In this document: piece by piece, positions 48,174 to 58,274 of the stretch
Layout: every line of letters begins with the position of its first letter
Position numbering within the stretch: the first letter of the stretch is position 1
Source: Gammaproteobacteria bacterium F7
GTDB lineage: Bacteria > Pseudomonadota > Gammaproteobacteria > Pseudomonadales > IMCC2047
Assembly: GCA_001593685.1 (NCBI GenBank)
Contig: LUKI01000003.1
Coordinates: 7,384-71,383 of the forward strand
Length of the DNA: 64,000 nucleotides
Direction of reading: 5' to 3'
The notes under the pieces: model-generated
Told to the model about the DNA's origin: nothing
The model's input: only the letters and a program-made list of their open reading frames with translations
Database searches by the model: none
Program-made: the position numbers and the translations under genes

Positions 48174-48611
48174 GTGACAAGGAACTGTTGCAAAGTATTT
48201 GTGCTCTCGTTAGTTCTATTATCTGGTTTTTTCTCAGCGGCCTTTAGCTATGCTGAAGTTGTCATCATTAACAGCCAAAACCCTTTGACCTCTGTTGACC
48301 GCAACGAACTGCGGGCAATTTTCAGCATGCAACACACGCAATGGAAAGACGGCTCATTAATCAAAGTGTTTGTTTATGAGGACAGATATCCCATACACCA
48401 AAAATTTTGTAAAAACGTTTTAGAGATATTTCCTTACCAATTACGTAAAAATTGGGATCGCCTAATTTATTCAGGTACAGGAAAAGCACCGGCACTGGTG
48501 AAAAATAAAGAGGAAATGCTCCGCGTTATCGCGGCAACACCTGGCGCCATCGGCTATATTGATGAGAGAGGTACGGGTCATGGTGTCAAAACTGTTCCGG
48601 TTGAAAAATAA
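48174..48611 (+). CDS. Small periplasmic PBP-like (PstS-like fragment-type) protein
   Basis: Signal peptide, then ...VVIINSQNPLTSVDRNELRAIFSMQHTQWKDGSLIKV...PGAIGYID, typical of short 'phosphate ABC substrate-binding-like' proteins. GTG start. Confidence 0.6.
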   Translation: MTRNCCKVFVLSLVLLSGFFSAAFSYAEVVIINSQNPLTSVDRNELRAIFSMQHTQWKDGSLIKVFVYEDRYPIHQKFCKNVLEIFPYQLRKNWDRLIYSGTGKAPALVKNKEEMLRVIAATPGAIGYIDERGTGHGVKTVPVEK

Positions 48612-48648
48612 TACCAACCAATGTTCAAAGCAGCCTGCGAAATCAATA

Positions 48649-49842
48649 ATGAAGCATAATTTTTTAAATTCCGCCCTACTCCTTGTTTGCGGCAGTGTAA
48701 ATAGCGCACTGGCGGCTGACGATACCAGCTGGACAGATCGCCTTCAGATACATGGCTTTTTAACGCAGGGATATATTAATACCAACCATAATAACTGGTT
48801 TGGTGATAGTGAGGACGGCAGTTTTGAGTTCACCGAAGCAGGCCTCAATACTCGCCTGCAGCTAACCTCTAACCTGTCCGCCTCTGCACAGATTCTGTCG
48901 CGTCGAGCTGGCGAAATGGATAATGGCTCACCACATTTAGATTATGGCTTTTTTAGCTACCAGCTATTCGAAGGTCGCGCCGGTGAATTAGGCTTCCGTG
49001 TGGGTAGAATTAAAAATAAATTTGGTCTCTATAACGATACCCGAGATGTTGCTGCAACCCGTCCCGGGGTATTTATGCCTCAATCCATTTACTTTGACCG
49101 CGTCAGAAACGTTCTTTTATCATCCGACGGCCTGAGCGCGTTTGGCGGTATGAATTTTGATAACAGTTCCATCACTTTCAACGTCAATGTAGGTAAATTT
49201 CCTACGGATAAAAACATTAAAGCCACATTTATTGGCGAGAACCTGCCTGGCTCACTCGATAGCGACGAAAAGAATGTGACCTCAAGCTTGCTATATGAGT
49301 ATGATGCGGGCCGCATTCGTATCGCACTTTCCAATGTGAACTACACGCTACGCTTTAATGCCCAACCCGGCCCTATTTTCAGTGACGGCTATATTGATGG
49401 CGACATTCGTATTTTATCGGCCGAATATAATGCCGAACGCTGGAGCTTTACCGCTGAATACTCGCGCCAACCGATTTACTACAACGGTATTTCACCGGTC
49501 TTTGAAACACTGGACGGTGAAGCAGAAGCTTACTATGTCCAGGCATTACACCGTTTTTCTAACCGCTGGTCTTCCTGGCTTCGCTACGAGGCTTCGTTCC
49601 GGGATAAGGATGACAAGAGCGGTAAAATGCGCGGACCGGCCAGTGGGCAGCCACCCCACTCCACATTTACAAAATCCTGGGTAGCAGGCGTACGTTGGGA
49701 CGTTAGCCGTAACCTTATGGTCAGTGCCGAGTACCACCGAAATGACGGCACCTTCATTTTATCCCGGGTTGATAATCCACCCTCAACGCCAACCGATCCT
49801 GAATGGGACATTTTTGCGCTACTAGTCTCTTACCGTTTTTAA
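48649..49842 (+). CDS. Outer-membrane beta-barrel (porin-like) protein
   Basis: ATG at 48649, signal peptide ...VNSALAADD, alternating beta-strand pattern, and the terminal ...LLVSYRF (C-terminal Phe OMP signature). Confidence 0.6.
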   Translation: MKHNFLNSALLLVCGSVNSALAADDTSWTDRLQIHGFLTQGYINTNHNNWFGDSEDGSFEFTEAGLNTRLQLTSNLSASAQILSRRAGEMDNGSPHLDYGFFSYQLFEGRAGELGFRVGRIKNKFGLYNDTRDVAATRPGVFMPQSIYFDRVRNVLLSSDGLSAFGGMNFDNSSITFNVNVGKFPTDKNIKATFIGENLPGSLDSDEKNVTSSLLYEYDAGRIRIALSNVNYTLRFNAQPGPIFSDGYIDGDIRILSAEYNAERWSFTAEYSRQPIYYNGISPVFETLDGEAEAYYVQALHRFSNRWSSWLRYEASFRDKDDKSGKMRGPASGQPPHSTFTKSWVAGVRWDVSRNLMVSAEYHRNDGTFILSRVDNPPSTPTDPEWDIFALLVSYRF

Positions 49843-49866
49843 CAAACACCTGACGGCATTCACCGA

Positions 49867-52680
49867 ATGAACCACAAACCAAGCTCAAGCCACAGGCTCA
49901 GCTTAAAATGGAAAGTCGGCCTGATTATCGGTTGCGTATTAGCCCTGTTTGGCTCCGTTATGGGGTGGTTTACCCAACATACTCTGGAACACCAACTTGC
50001 CAATAATCTAGAACAGGATAAAAAGCGCAACGAACAGCAGCTTAAAACGCTACTCGAGTACGAGCGTGAATACCTGTTAAGAATTGCTGACGCCATCAAC
50101 ACAGAGATGGATGGCAACATCAGCGATCGTACTGAACACCTTGAAAAACGCTGGCAAAAGCTGCGCTTTGAATGGAATTTAAACGCCCTGCAACTTCACA
50201 AAATGAACGGGGATATAGTTTTCTCTGGTGGCAATAGAATTAACACAGGCAACCTCGCCAGCTGGCTGCAACAAGTCAGGGAAAACGAGCACTCTCTTAC
50301 GTTTCTCGCCTGCCAGCAACGCTGTGAGGTTATTGCTGTTACGCCGGTGTTAGAGCAAGGCGATATCAACGGTTTTATTGTCCTCAGTCGTTCTCTTGCT
50401 GATTTAGTCATCGGCTTGGGCTACTCAAGCCAAGCCATTGCCGGACTAATTAGCGCAAATACCAATAGTAACCACATACCGAACTGGGGGGTTGGCATTG
50501 CCGCGTTAACCTCAATGGCAACCAACCGCCCATTACTGCTCAAATTCAGTGAAGAAGCCTCTTTCGACACAGCACTGAAACAGGGTGCGCAAACAGGCTT
50601 TGGTGACAGAAGTTTTAACCTGCAATTACTCCCCTTGAGCCCAAACAGCACGACTGAACAGGACTATATTCTTATCATTGAGGACGTCACCGACGCGCTG
50701 CACAGCATTCGAAACATCACCTACACCAGCCTGCTCTCTGACTTTGCAGCCTTGGCTCTGTCACTCCTTTTTATACTTCTGTTGCTTCGCCCACCATTGG
50801 CGCGCCTGCAAAATATCGCCCGCCACTTGCCATTACTTGCTGAAGGAGCTTTCGATCAAGTCAAAAAACGTTTGCAGCAGTCGGCTCGCCTCAGTGGCAC
50901 AAGGGACGAAATTGACACACTGAATGATACCGCTATCGCCTTATCAGAAAAGCTCGAGTTGCTTGACACATCGGTTAACGAACATGCTCAGCAGCTCGTC
51001 GAGCGTTCAAGTGAGCTTGCGCAGGAGCGTGACTTTGTCAATCAACTGCTGGACACCGCCCAAGTCATTATTGTGACTCAGGATATTGAAGGCCGCATTC
51101 GCCTGCTAAATTCACACGGCGAAACCTTTTCAGGCTACCAGGAAGAGCGAACAATCGGTCAACTTTTCCGCGACTCCTTTTTAGCCCCCCACACCTTGCC
51201 TTCTGTTCTGCTTGCTATTGAAGCAGTGCGATCCGGCAAGCGTCAAAGCTTCCGCCATGAGGCCGATTTCTATCACACCGATGGCAGCTTATCCTCCATT
51301 TCATGGATTCACACCCACCTGCAAAGCAAGGCTATGGATGATAACGGTGCGGTCATGATTTCCATTGGTTTAAACATCAGCGAACGCATCGAAGCTGAGC
51401 AACGGCTCGCCTGGCTAGCTGATCACGACCCCCTAACCTCACTGTATAATCGCCGCCGCTTTCAAAATGAATTCAAAGCCGCTATTGAGGTGGCTAAACG
51501 CTATGGCCGCAGCGGCGCACTGCTAATGCTGGATTTAGATGATTTTAAACTTATCAATGAAACACTGGGCCACCATGCCGGTGACCAGCTGCTGAATCAG
51601 GTCGCTGAGCAGCTTCGCAGCATTACCAGCCCAAGTGATATTGTGGCACGACTGGGTGGTGATGAATTTGCGATCGTGTTACGTGAAGCCAACCAAAACC
51701 AGGCCGCGGCATTTGCAGAAAATGTTGTCAGACAAATCAACAGCCTGGAAACCAGCAGCAAAAAAGATCAATCCGCTATTGGCTCAAGTATTGGCATCGT
51801 TTTATTTCCAACGCATGGTGATGATATTAATGAGCTACTCTCCTATGCTGATCTGGCGATGTACCAGGCCAAAGAAATGGGTAAGGGATGCTCGCACCTG
51901 TTTCAATTGGACGACAAAACCCGGGAACGAATCCATAAACGGGTGTTTTGGAAAGAGCGCATTGAAAACGCCTTAAAAAACGATCTGTTTGTTCTCTATT
52001 TTCAACCCATTTTAGAAATTGCCACCCATAAAGTGTCGCATTATGAAGTCTTGCTACGCATGCTGGATGGTGAAGGCGGCGTATTCCCGCCGGGCCCCTT
52101 CATTGAAGTGGCTGAGCAAACAGGCATGATACACGCGATTGATCACTGGGTCATCAAGGAAGCTATTCGCCAGCATATTGAGCTTAATAACGACGGTCAG
52201 CAAATTAAACTATCCATTAACCTGTCTGGCCGGGTTATCAACGACGAAACACTTTTGCCGCTATTAAGAGAGCACCTCGGTCAGGAAGGTGTGGTTGCCA
52301 ACAATATTGTTTTTGAGCTCACTGAAACATCAGCGGTAGCCGATTTAGCATCAGCGGAACAACTCATGAACGAAGTGCTCGCACTGGGTTGCCATTTCGC
52401 ACTCGATGATTTTGGTGTTGGCTTCTCATCCTTTGCTTACCTTAAACAGCTGCCTGTTGATTACGTCAAAATTGACGGCGCATTTATCCGCCACCTGGCC
52501 GATAACCACGATGATCAATTATTTGTGAAAGCCCTGACCGACGTTGCCAAAGGCATGGGTAAAAAAACCATTGCCGAGTTTGTTGAGGATGGAGAAACTC
52601 TGAAGATGCTTAATGAGTACGGTGTTGACTATGCACAGGGCTATTTCATCGGCAAGCCACAAGCCCGCACTCGTTATTAA
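49867..52680 (+). CDS. Membrane sensor with a periplasmic domain, HAMP, PAS, GGDEF and EAL domains
   Basis: Two TM helices flank a ~270-aa periplasmic region. GGDEF is intact (RLGGDEFAI), and I saw no RxxD I-site upstream of it. EAL domain motifs are EVLLR, DDFGVGFSS, EFVE and QGYFIGKP. Confidence 0.9.
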   Translation: MNHKPSSSHRLSLKWKVGLIIGCVLALFGSVMGWFTQHTLEHQLANNLEQDKKRNEQQLKTLLEYEREYLLRIADAINTEMDGNISDRTEHLEKRWQKLRFEWNLNALQLHKMNGDIVFSGGNRINTGNLASWLQQVRENEHSLTFLACQQRCEVIAVTPVLEQGDINGFIVLSRSLADLVIGLGYSSQAIAGLISANTNSNHIPNWGVGIAALTSMATNRPLLLKFSEEASFDTALKQGAQTGFGDRSFNLQLLPLSPNSTTEQDYILIIEDVTDALHSIRNITYTSLLSDFAALALSLLFILLLLRPPLARLQNIARHLPLLAEGAFDQVKKRLQQSARLSGTRDEIDTLNDTAIALSEKLELLDTSVNEHAQQLVERSSELAQERDFVNQLLDTAQVIIVTQDIEGRIRLLNSHGETFSGYQEERTIGQLFRDSFLAPHTLPSVLLAIEAVRSGKRQSFRHEADFYHTDGSLSSISWIHTHLQSKAMDDNGAVMISIGLNISERIEAEQRLAWLADHDPLTSLYNRRRFQNEFKAAIEVAKRYGRSGALLMLDLDDFKLINETLGHHAGDQLLNQVAEQLRSITSPSDIVARLGGDEFAIVLREANQNQAAAFAENVVRQINSLETSSKKDQSAIGSSIGIVLFPTHGDDINELLSYADLAMYQAKEMGKGCSHLFQLDDKTRERIHKRVFWKERIENALKNDLFVLYFQPILEIATHKVSHYEVLLRMLDGEGGVFPPGPFIEVAEQTGMIHAIDHWVIKEAIRQHIELNNDGQQIKLSINLSGRVINDETLLPLLREHLGQEGVVANNIVFELTETSAVADLASAEQLMNEVLALGCHFALDDFGVGFSSFAYLKQLPVDYVKIDGAFIRHLADNHDDQLFVKALTDVAKGMGKKTIAEFVEDGETLKMLNEYGVDYAQGYFIGKPQARTRY

Positions 52681-52814
52681 TCGGCCCACTCAACCCAATA
52701 AAACCGTATACGGCCTGATGGGGCATTTTGCGCCCTAATGACAACGCACAGTTTAAGCCGCCACGACAATCGTGTAACGTACTAAACACACCCCCACAAA
52801 ACTCAGGAGTCATT

Positions 52815-52976
52815 ATGGACAACAAACTCGTCTTGATTGTGATCGCCATCCTGCTTGCGCCACTGGCTGTATTCCTTAAAAAAGGGGCCGGTAAGGATCT
52901 CGTTATTAACCTTATCCTATGCCTGTTTTTCTACTTCCCCGCCGTCTTACATGCGCTTTGGGTTGTCACTCAGTAA
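52815..52976 (+). CDS. YqaE/Pmp3-family small membrane proteolipid
   Basis: MDNKLVLIVIAILLAPLAVFLKKG...NLILCLFFYFPAVLHALWVV; the ATG at 52815 follows a CAGGAG SD. Confidence 0.8.
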   Translation: MDNKLVLIVIAILLAPLAVFLKKGAGKDLVINLILCLFFYFPAVLHALWVVTQ

Positions 52977-52999
52977 GCAAGCCTCCACGGAGACCGGAA

Positions 53000-53359
53000 A
53001 TGAAAGCACACGAAAAAATTAATTATCTGGAATTTCCGGCCTCCAAACTGAGTGCTACCAAGGCCTTCTTCACAAACGTCTTTGGTTGGGCGTTTACCGA
53101 CTACGGACCAGATTACAGCGCCTTTTCCGAGGCCAGTGTTGATGGTGGTTTTTATCGCGCCGACCTTGCGTCACAAACTCGACATGGTGCCGCACTGGTG
53201 GTCTTTTACAGCGAACAACTGGAAGCAACACAGGAAAAAATCTGCGCCGCAGGTGGTCTGATTATCAAACCGATTTTTGAACTCCCTGGCGGCCGTCGTT
53301 TTCATTTCAGCGAACCCAGCGGTAATGAATTTGCGGTCTGGTCGGACGTACAGGCATAA
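53000..53359 (+). CDS. VOC (glyoxalase/bleomycin resistance) family protein
   Basis: ...INYLEFPA..L..TKAFF..VFGW.F.DYGP.Y..F...PGGRRFHF.EPSGNEFAVWS; ATG at 53000. Confidence 0.8.
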   Translation: MKAHEKINYLEFPASKLSATKAFFTNVFGWAFTDYGPDYSAFSEASVDGGFYRADLASQTRHGAALVVFYSEQLEATQEKICAAGGLIIKPIFELPGGRRFHFSEPSGNEFAVWSDVQA

Positions 53360-53402
53360 TCCGCCTCTCTACACACGCACCGCAAAATAAGCGAACAAGC
53401 CC

Positions 53403-53735
53403 ATGCCTGAACTTAAAACCCTACTGTTGTTTTTGGTGACCGCCGTTGCCGAAATTGTTGGCTGCTACCTACCCTATCTGTGGTTACGGGAAGGAAAAAC
53501 AATTCTGCTGTTAATACCCGCGGCCATTAGCCTGGCCTTGTTTGCCTGGCTATTATCGCTTCATCCAACGGCCGCCGGACGCGTTTATGCCGCCTATGGT
53601 GGGGTCTATATTTTTGCAGCCATTTTATGGTTATGGGCAGTGGACGGCATCAAGCCAACCAGTTGGGATTTAGTGGGCTCTGGCGTGGCATTACTGGGAA
53701 TGGCAATTATTATGTTCGCGCCAAGGAATGTTTAG
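53403..53735 (+). CDS. ynfA: YnfA (UPF0060) family membrane protein
   Basis: ...[19 protein letters not shown]...[12 protein letters not shown]...; 110 aa. Confidence 0.85.
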   Translation: MPELKTLLLFLVTAVAEIVGCYLPYLWLREGKTILLLIPAAISLALFAWLLSLHPTAAGRVYAAYGGVYIFAAILWLWAVDGIKPTSWDLVGSGVALLGMAIIMFAPRNV

Positions 53736-53934
53736 GGGGCTCGCCCCTTAGTCATCACGCTGAATACTTTTAGTTAATCTTAGAGGAGCCGGAAAGACGG
53801 CTCTCTTCGTTCGGGGTGACACGATAAAACATTGTCACTCCGAACCAATGTGAAAATTCTTTATCGCTAACCTGCCAGCAAAAACAACAACAAAACCTTA
53901 AGGCAGCCGAAACAGTTTCACGCTAAATACAGCC

Positions 53935-55308
53935 TTAACGGTTGCCAGTCTGCCCTGACTTAGCTGCACCGCCACCGGAACGACTGCGGTTGCCGCTGTT
54001 ACCCCGACGCGCACCACCCGGTTTACCGCCACCGGTATGGCGCTTGTTTTTACCTGCTGGCTTATGGCCTCGGGCCGTGTCACCTGAACGCTGGCCATCA
54101 CGATGGTCAGGCTTTGGCTTTTTCGGCTTTTTGGGTTTGATGGGGCGACGATCCAGTTTTGATTCTGGCACATCATGTACGGGCTCAAAACCATCCACCA
54201 ATTCCCGCCGCAACAGCTGTTGGATCAGACGCTCAATAGCAAACAACTCTTTGAACTCATCGGCACAAACCAACGATACCGCTTGCCCTTTAGCGCCAGC
54301 ACGGCCGGTGCGACCAATCCGGTGCACATAATCCTCTGCCACATTGGGCAGGTCGAAATTAACCACTTGAGGTAACTGATCGATATCCAGTCCACGAGCG
54401 GCAATATCCGTTGCTACCAGAGCCTGAACAGCACCACGCTTAAAATCAGCCAACGCCTTGGTGCGTGCACCCTGGCTTTTATTACCGTGAATGGGCGCCG
54501 CAGTAATACCCGCCGCCTCCAACTGCTTAGCCAGTTTGTTAGCGCCATGTTTGGTACGCGAGAATACCAGCACCTGCTGCCAGTCATTATCACGTATCAG
54601 CTGAATCAGCAGGCCAGCCTTTTGCTTTTTATCCACCGGACAAATCCACTGTTCAACTGTTTTTGCCGTGGTATTACGAGGGCTGACAGAAATCTCAACC
54701 GGGTCTTTCACCAAACCCTTCGCCAACTGGCGAATATCGTCAGAAAAAGTGGCCGAAAACATCAGTGTTTGGCGTTCTTTTGGTAGCAGCGCAATAATCT
54801 TTTTAATGTCATGAATGAAGCCCATATCCAGCATGCGGTCGGCCTCATCCAACACCAATACTTCAAGCTGCTGGAATTTAACGGCCCCCTGTTGATACAA
54901 ATCCAGTAACCGACCCGGCGTTGCAACCAACACATCAGCGCCACGTCGTAAACGCATCATCTGTGGATTAATTTTTACGCCACCAAACACGACCGCTGAG
55001 CTTAACGGTAAATATTTGCCATAGGTCGCAACACTGTCTGCCACCTGTGCAGCCAGCTCACGTGTTGGCGTTAACACCAGCGCACGCGCCTGATTGGACT
55101 CGGCTGATTTGCCCTGCATCAACACTTCCAGTAATGGCAAGGTGAAGCCCGCTGTTTTACCGGTACCCGTCTGCGCCGCAGCCATGACATCCCGGCCAGA
55201 CAACACGGCTGGAATAGCCTGCGCCTGAATAGGGGACGGCGTGTGATAGCCCTTCTCGGTGAGCGCTTCCTGAATTTGTGGTAAGAGGCCAATAGTGCTG
55301 AAAGTCAT
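53935..55308 (-). CDS. rhlE: DEAD-box ATP-dependent RNA helicase (RhlE-like) with a basic C-terminal tail
   Basis: Q-motif, [21 protein letters not shown] and [10 protein letters not shown] motifs are all visible; Arg/Gly/Lys-rich tail. Confidence 0.93.
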   Translation of the reverse strand: MTFSTIGLLPQIQEALTEKGYHTPSPIQAQAIPAVLSGRDVMAAAQTGTGKTAGFTLPLLEVLMQGKSAESNQARALVLTPTRELAAQVADSVATYGKYLPLSSAVVFGGVKINPQMMRLRRGADVLVATPGRLLDLYQQGAVKFQQLEVLVLDEADRMLDMGFIHDIKKIIALLPKERQTLMFSATFSDDIRQLAKGLVKDPVEISVSPRNTTAKTVEQWICPVDKKQKAGLLIQLIRDNDWQQVLVFSRTKHGANKLAKQLEAAGITAAPIHGNKSQGARTKALADFKRGAVQALVATDIAARGLDIDQLPQVVNFDLPNVAEDYVHRIGRTGRAGAKGQAVSLVCADEFKELFAIERLIQQLLRRELVDGFEPVHDVPESKLDRRPIKPKKPKKPKPDHRDGQRSGDTARGHKPAGKNKRHTGGGKPGGARRGNSGNRSRSGGGAAKSGQTGNR

Positions 55309-55476
55309 GTGTTATCTCATTAAGAATTAAAATCGCCAGTCAATGTGCGGCGGGCGGGCAGCTTACAGCAATAAAGCGCTGATTGACATGACTATCAAGC
55401 CGTTGGCAGGCATTGCCTAATTAGAAGCTGCATTAGATACTGGAGCGATGAATCACTATTGTAATCGGTAAGTCAC

Positions 55477-55923
55477 ATGGAAATCACCACTGCTATTTCT
55501 TCAGATATCCCCCAGCTCTGTCTTCTTCTTGATCAGTTATTCGCCCAGGAAGCCGAATTCAAGCCCAATCATGAAGCCCAGAGCCGAGGGTTGGCCGCAA
55601 TTATTGATAATGCTGAAACCGGTGACATTATTGTTGCCCACGAAGCTGGGCAAATCATCGGCATGATCAATTTGCTGTATACCATGTCCACGGCGCTGGG
55701 TGCTCGGGTTGCCATTCTTGAAGACATGGTTATTTCATCTCATTACCGATCACGCGGTGTCGGCTCAAAGCTGCTTAAGTATGCGCTAAATTTCGCACGT
55801 GAGCAGGGCTGCCAACGGATCACCCTGCTTACCGACCAGGATAATATTGGCGCCCATCGTTTTTACGAACGTCACGGTTTTGAGCAATCAACGATGGTAC
55901 CGTTTCGCTGGACCCCCAACTGA
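55477..55923 (+). CDS. GNAT-family N-acetyltransferase
   Basis: ...VISSHYRSRGVGSKLL...FYERHGF; 148 aa. Confidence 0.8.
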   Translation: MEITTAISSDIPQLCLLLDQLFAQEAEFKPNHEAQSRGLAAIIDNAETGDIIVAHEAGQIIGMINLLYTMSTALGARVAILEDMVISSHYRSRGVGSKLLKYALNFAREQGCQRITLLTDQDNIGAHRFYERHGFEQSTMVPFRWTPN

Positions 55924-55997
55924 ACAGCATCTGCAACCGTTATCAAAAACCTGCTAAAGTGAGCGTCTTTAAAAATGATCCATTTATGAGGCCTGTC

Positions 55998-56300
55998 ATG
56001 TTTTTAGCAATGAACCGTTTCAAGGTTGCCCTTGGCAAAGAGGACGATTTTATCAACATCTGGAAAAACCGTGACTCGTACCTTGAGGGCGTGCCCGGTT
56101 TTGTCAGTTTCAATTTACTGCGCGGCGAAACCAACGAAGACCACACTCTGTTTTCCTCCCATGCCACTTGGGAATCCCGTCAGGCCTTTGAGGACTGGAC
56201 CAAATCAGAAGCCTTTCGCAACGCCCACAAAAATGCTGGCAGCGCCAAAGATATCTACAATGGCCACCCCAAGCTTGAACTGTTTGATGCCGTCATTTAG
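55998..56300 (+). CDS. Antibiotic biosynthesis monooxygenase (ABM) domain protein
   Basis: MFLAMNRFKV...GF..F.LLRG....FSSHATWESRQAFEDW..SEAFR.AH. The start is uncertain (55959 GTG, 55986 or 55998 ATG). Confidence 0.72.
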   Translation: MFLAMNRFKVALGKEDDFINIWKNRDSYLEGVPGFVSFNLLRGETNEDHTLFSSHATWESRQAFEDWTKSEAFRNAHKNAGSAKDIYNGHPKLELFDAVI

Positions 56301-56332
56301 GGACTGCTGACAGGCCAAATCAGGAACCAACC

Positions 56333-56710
56333 ATGCCCATTACGACCATTTACGCGTCGTTGCTTGCCCTACTCGTTGTTTGGCTATCAACCAACGTTAT
56401 TAAGTCACGGCAACGTTTTCAAATTAGCCTTGGCGACGGCAATAACCCGCGCTTAAAGTTGGCCATCAGTGCCCAGGCAAACGCGGCGCAATACATTCCT
56501 ATTGCCCTGTTGCTGATGCTACTGCTGGAGTTAAATCAAGCGCACAGTTTATTACTACACCTGTTCGGTCTATGTCTTCTGGCTGGGCGACTTATCCACG
56601 CGCGCGGTATTTTAACCGAACATATGCCAACTCGAGTACGCGGCATGCAGCTCACCTTTTTTGTCCTGATTGGTGCCGCTGCGGCCAACCTGATCCTGCT
56701 TATTTTTTAA
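56333..56710 (+). CDS. MAPEG family (YecN-like) membrane protein
   Basis: 125 aa, 3-4 TM helices, ...RQRFQISLGDGNN..L..AI.AQANAAQYIP...LGRLIHA.... Confidence 0.72.
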   Translation: MPITTIYASLLALLVVWLSTNVIKSRQRFQISLGDGNNPRLKLAISAQANAAQYIPIALLLMLLLELNQAHSLLLHLFGLCLLAGRLIHARGILTEHMPTRVRGMQLTFFVLIGAAAANLILLIF

Positions 56711-56836
56711 ACACTTTATAATAATAGGGAACCGCTAATTGATCTGCTAGAATACGGCGGTGAGCGCGATATAAAGCCGTAAGCAGATAATTTAAAACAA
56801 TAAAAATACAATTATATAAAGAGATACAGCCCGAGC

Positions 56837-57106
56837 ATGTCAGTCCACCAATCACTCATCGTACAAATGCGGGACATGGCCCGCAATAACAGCAAAGCCT
56901 CTCAAATATTGCGCTTTCTGGTTATCAACCAAGGCATTGAAGACCAAGTATTACTAATGGAGTTGTTTCGTGACGCTTTTAATACCTCACTCGGTAGTGT
57001 TACCGCGATTGGGGCTTGGTGGCATGAAGGTGAGCGCGAACTCGACGATGACGCCATCGACAGCTACATTAGTTATGTCATTACGGATTTCCTGGCGCAC
57101 CATTGA
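56837..57106 (+). CDS. Hypothetical protein (89 aa)
   Basis: ORF only; no family recognised. Confidence 0.35.
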   Translation: MSVHQSLIVQMRDMARNNSKASQILRFLVINQGIEDQVLLMELFRDAFNTSLGSVTAIGAWWHEGERELDDDAIDSYISYVITDFLAHH

Positions 57107-57140
57107 TACTCTATTTAGCTCAAACAGGGCCTTCTATAAC

Positions 57141-57905
57141 ATGAGCAAAACCACCGATTTTTTTACGCCAGGCTGGCAAAACCTGTTTACCAACCACGGA
57201 GTGGGCGATTTTGAGTCATTATGGAATGCTAAACTGGGCTTTGTCGATGAACCCAATATTGGTCGCGGCGGCCGCAGTGAAGTGGGCAAACTGGTCATTG
57301 CCGACGACAGCGGCAAACAGCATATTTTTTACGTCAAACGCCAAGTCAACTACATCAGCAAGACACTGACCCACCCGATTACAGGGATTCCCTTAACCCT
57401 TAAGGAATTTAACAATATTACGGCCTTCCAATCACTGGGAATCGAATGCCTCGATGCCTGCTATCAAGGCTATAGAACTCAAGATAATGAATTACAATCG
57501 ATTCTGGTTACCCCGGAGCTTGAAGGCTATCAGGACCTTGATCACTACCAGCCCAGCTCCATTAACGAAAGCCGGCGCATAACACGCGAGCTCGCCAATG
57601 TGATTGCCAAACTGCATGCTGCCGGTTACCGTCACGGCTGCCTCTACCCGAAGCATATTTTTATCAATCCCGACAACAACGAAGCGCCAGTGCGTTTAAT
57701 TGATTTAGAGAAGGTTTCACGCTCGCCCTTCAAAAAATATAACGCACTTAAAGACCTTACGACGTTGCAGCGTCGAATCAGCAACAATAAAAGCTGCCAA
57801 CTGTACTTTCTACTGTGTTATTTTCACCTCAACAAACACAACGACAAAATTCGTCAGTTTGTGCTTAAAATGAACGAACGGCGACGTAAAAGAAATAAAC
57901 GCTAG
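57141..57905 (+). CDS. Lipopolysaccharide kinase (InaA/Kdo/WaaP) family protein
   Basis: ...GRGGRSEV......FYVKRQ.NY...LH.AGY.HGCLYPKHIFI......VRLIDLEK.... The ATG at 57141 is preferred over the overlapping upstream extension. Confidence 0.75.
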   Translation: MSKTTDFFTPGWQNLFTNHGVGDFESLWNAKLGFVDEPNIGRGGRSEVGKLVIADDSGKQHIFYVKRQVNYISKTLTHPITGIPLTLKEFNNITAFQSLGIECLDACYQGYRTQDNELQSILVTPELEGYQDLDHYQPSSINESRRITRELANVIAKLHAAGYRHGCLYPKHIFINPDNNEAPVRLIDLEKVSRSPFKKYNALKDLTTLQRRISNNKSCQLYFLLCYFHLNKHNDKIRQFVLKMNERRRKRNKR

Positions 57906-57995
57906 CAGGGTTTTAATTTTTTAAACAGCGCTTGCTTCCAAGCGTTAAATTTAGTCCACTGAAACCTGTAATAGCCCACCCATTGAGGAATCACC

Positions 57996-58238
57996 ATGCC
58001 CTACACAGCTGATCTGATTGAAGAAGTAAACATCCTGGCACGTTTCAACCTCAGCACCACACACGAGGGTATCAAAGTACACTCTTCCGCCGCTGATGGC
58101 GTCATCACTGCTACACAGCGCCTTTACGATAAAGGATTGATTACTCAACCTGATGGTGGCTACTTAACCCCACTGGGGTTAAAGGCGGCAGAGCATGTAC
58201 AAAACGCGCTCATCATCCTGACACCAACACAACACTAA
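57996..58238 (+). CDS. Small conserved protein (resembles the TIGR02647 family)
   Basis: ...ILARFNLSTTHEGIKVHSSA....ATQRLYDKGLITQPDGGYLTPLG..AAEHVQ.. matches my memory of that family. This is a low-certainty call. Confidence 0.45.
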   Translation: MPYTADLIEEVNILARFNLSTTHEGIKVHSSAADGVITATQRLYDKGLITQPDGGYLTPLGLKAAEHVQNALIILTPTQH

Positions 58239-58274
58239 ATTTATACCACCCCAGACAGGTACCAGGAGTTTTTA

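Noticed and set aside
53760-53870. Two adjacent hairpins (gagccg/cggctc and ttcggggtgaca/tgtcactccgaa) downstream of rhlE and ynfA
   Set aside because: They could be REP-like or terminator structures. They lack U-tracts and I could not find further copies in the window, so there is not enough evidence to call a repeat family.
53942-54331. 129-aa plus-strand ORF rich in Pro/Arg
   Set aside because: It is the antisense shadow of the Arg/Gly-rich C-terminal tail of the RhlE helicase.
56970-57140. Upstream extension of the InaA-like kinase ORF
   Set aside because: It overlaps the preceding 89-aa ORF and has no kinase-family similarity. The family N-terminus starts at the ATG at 57141.
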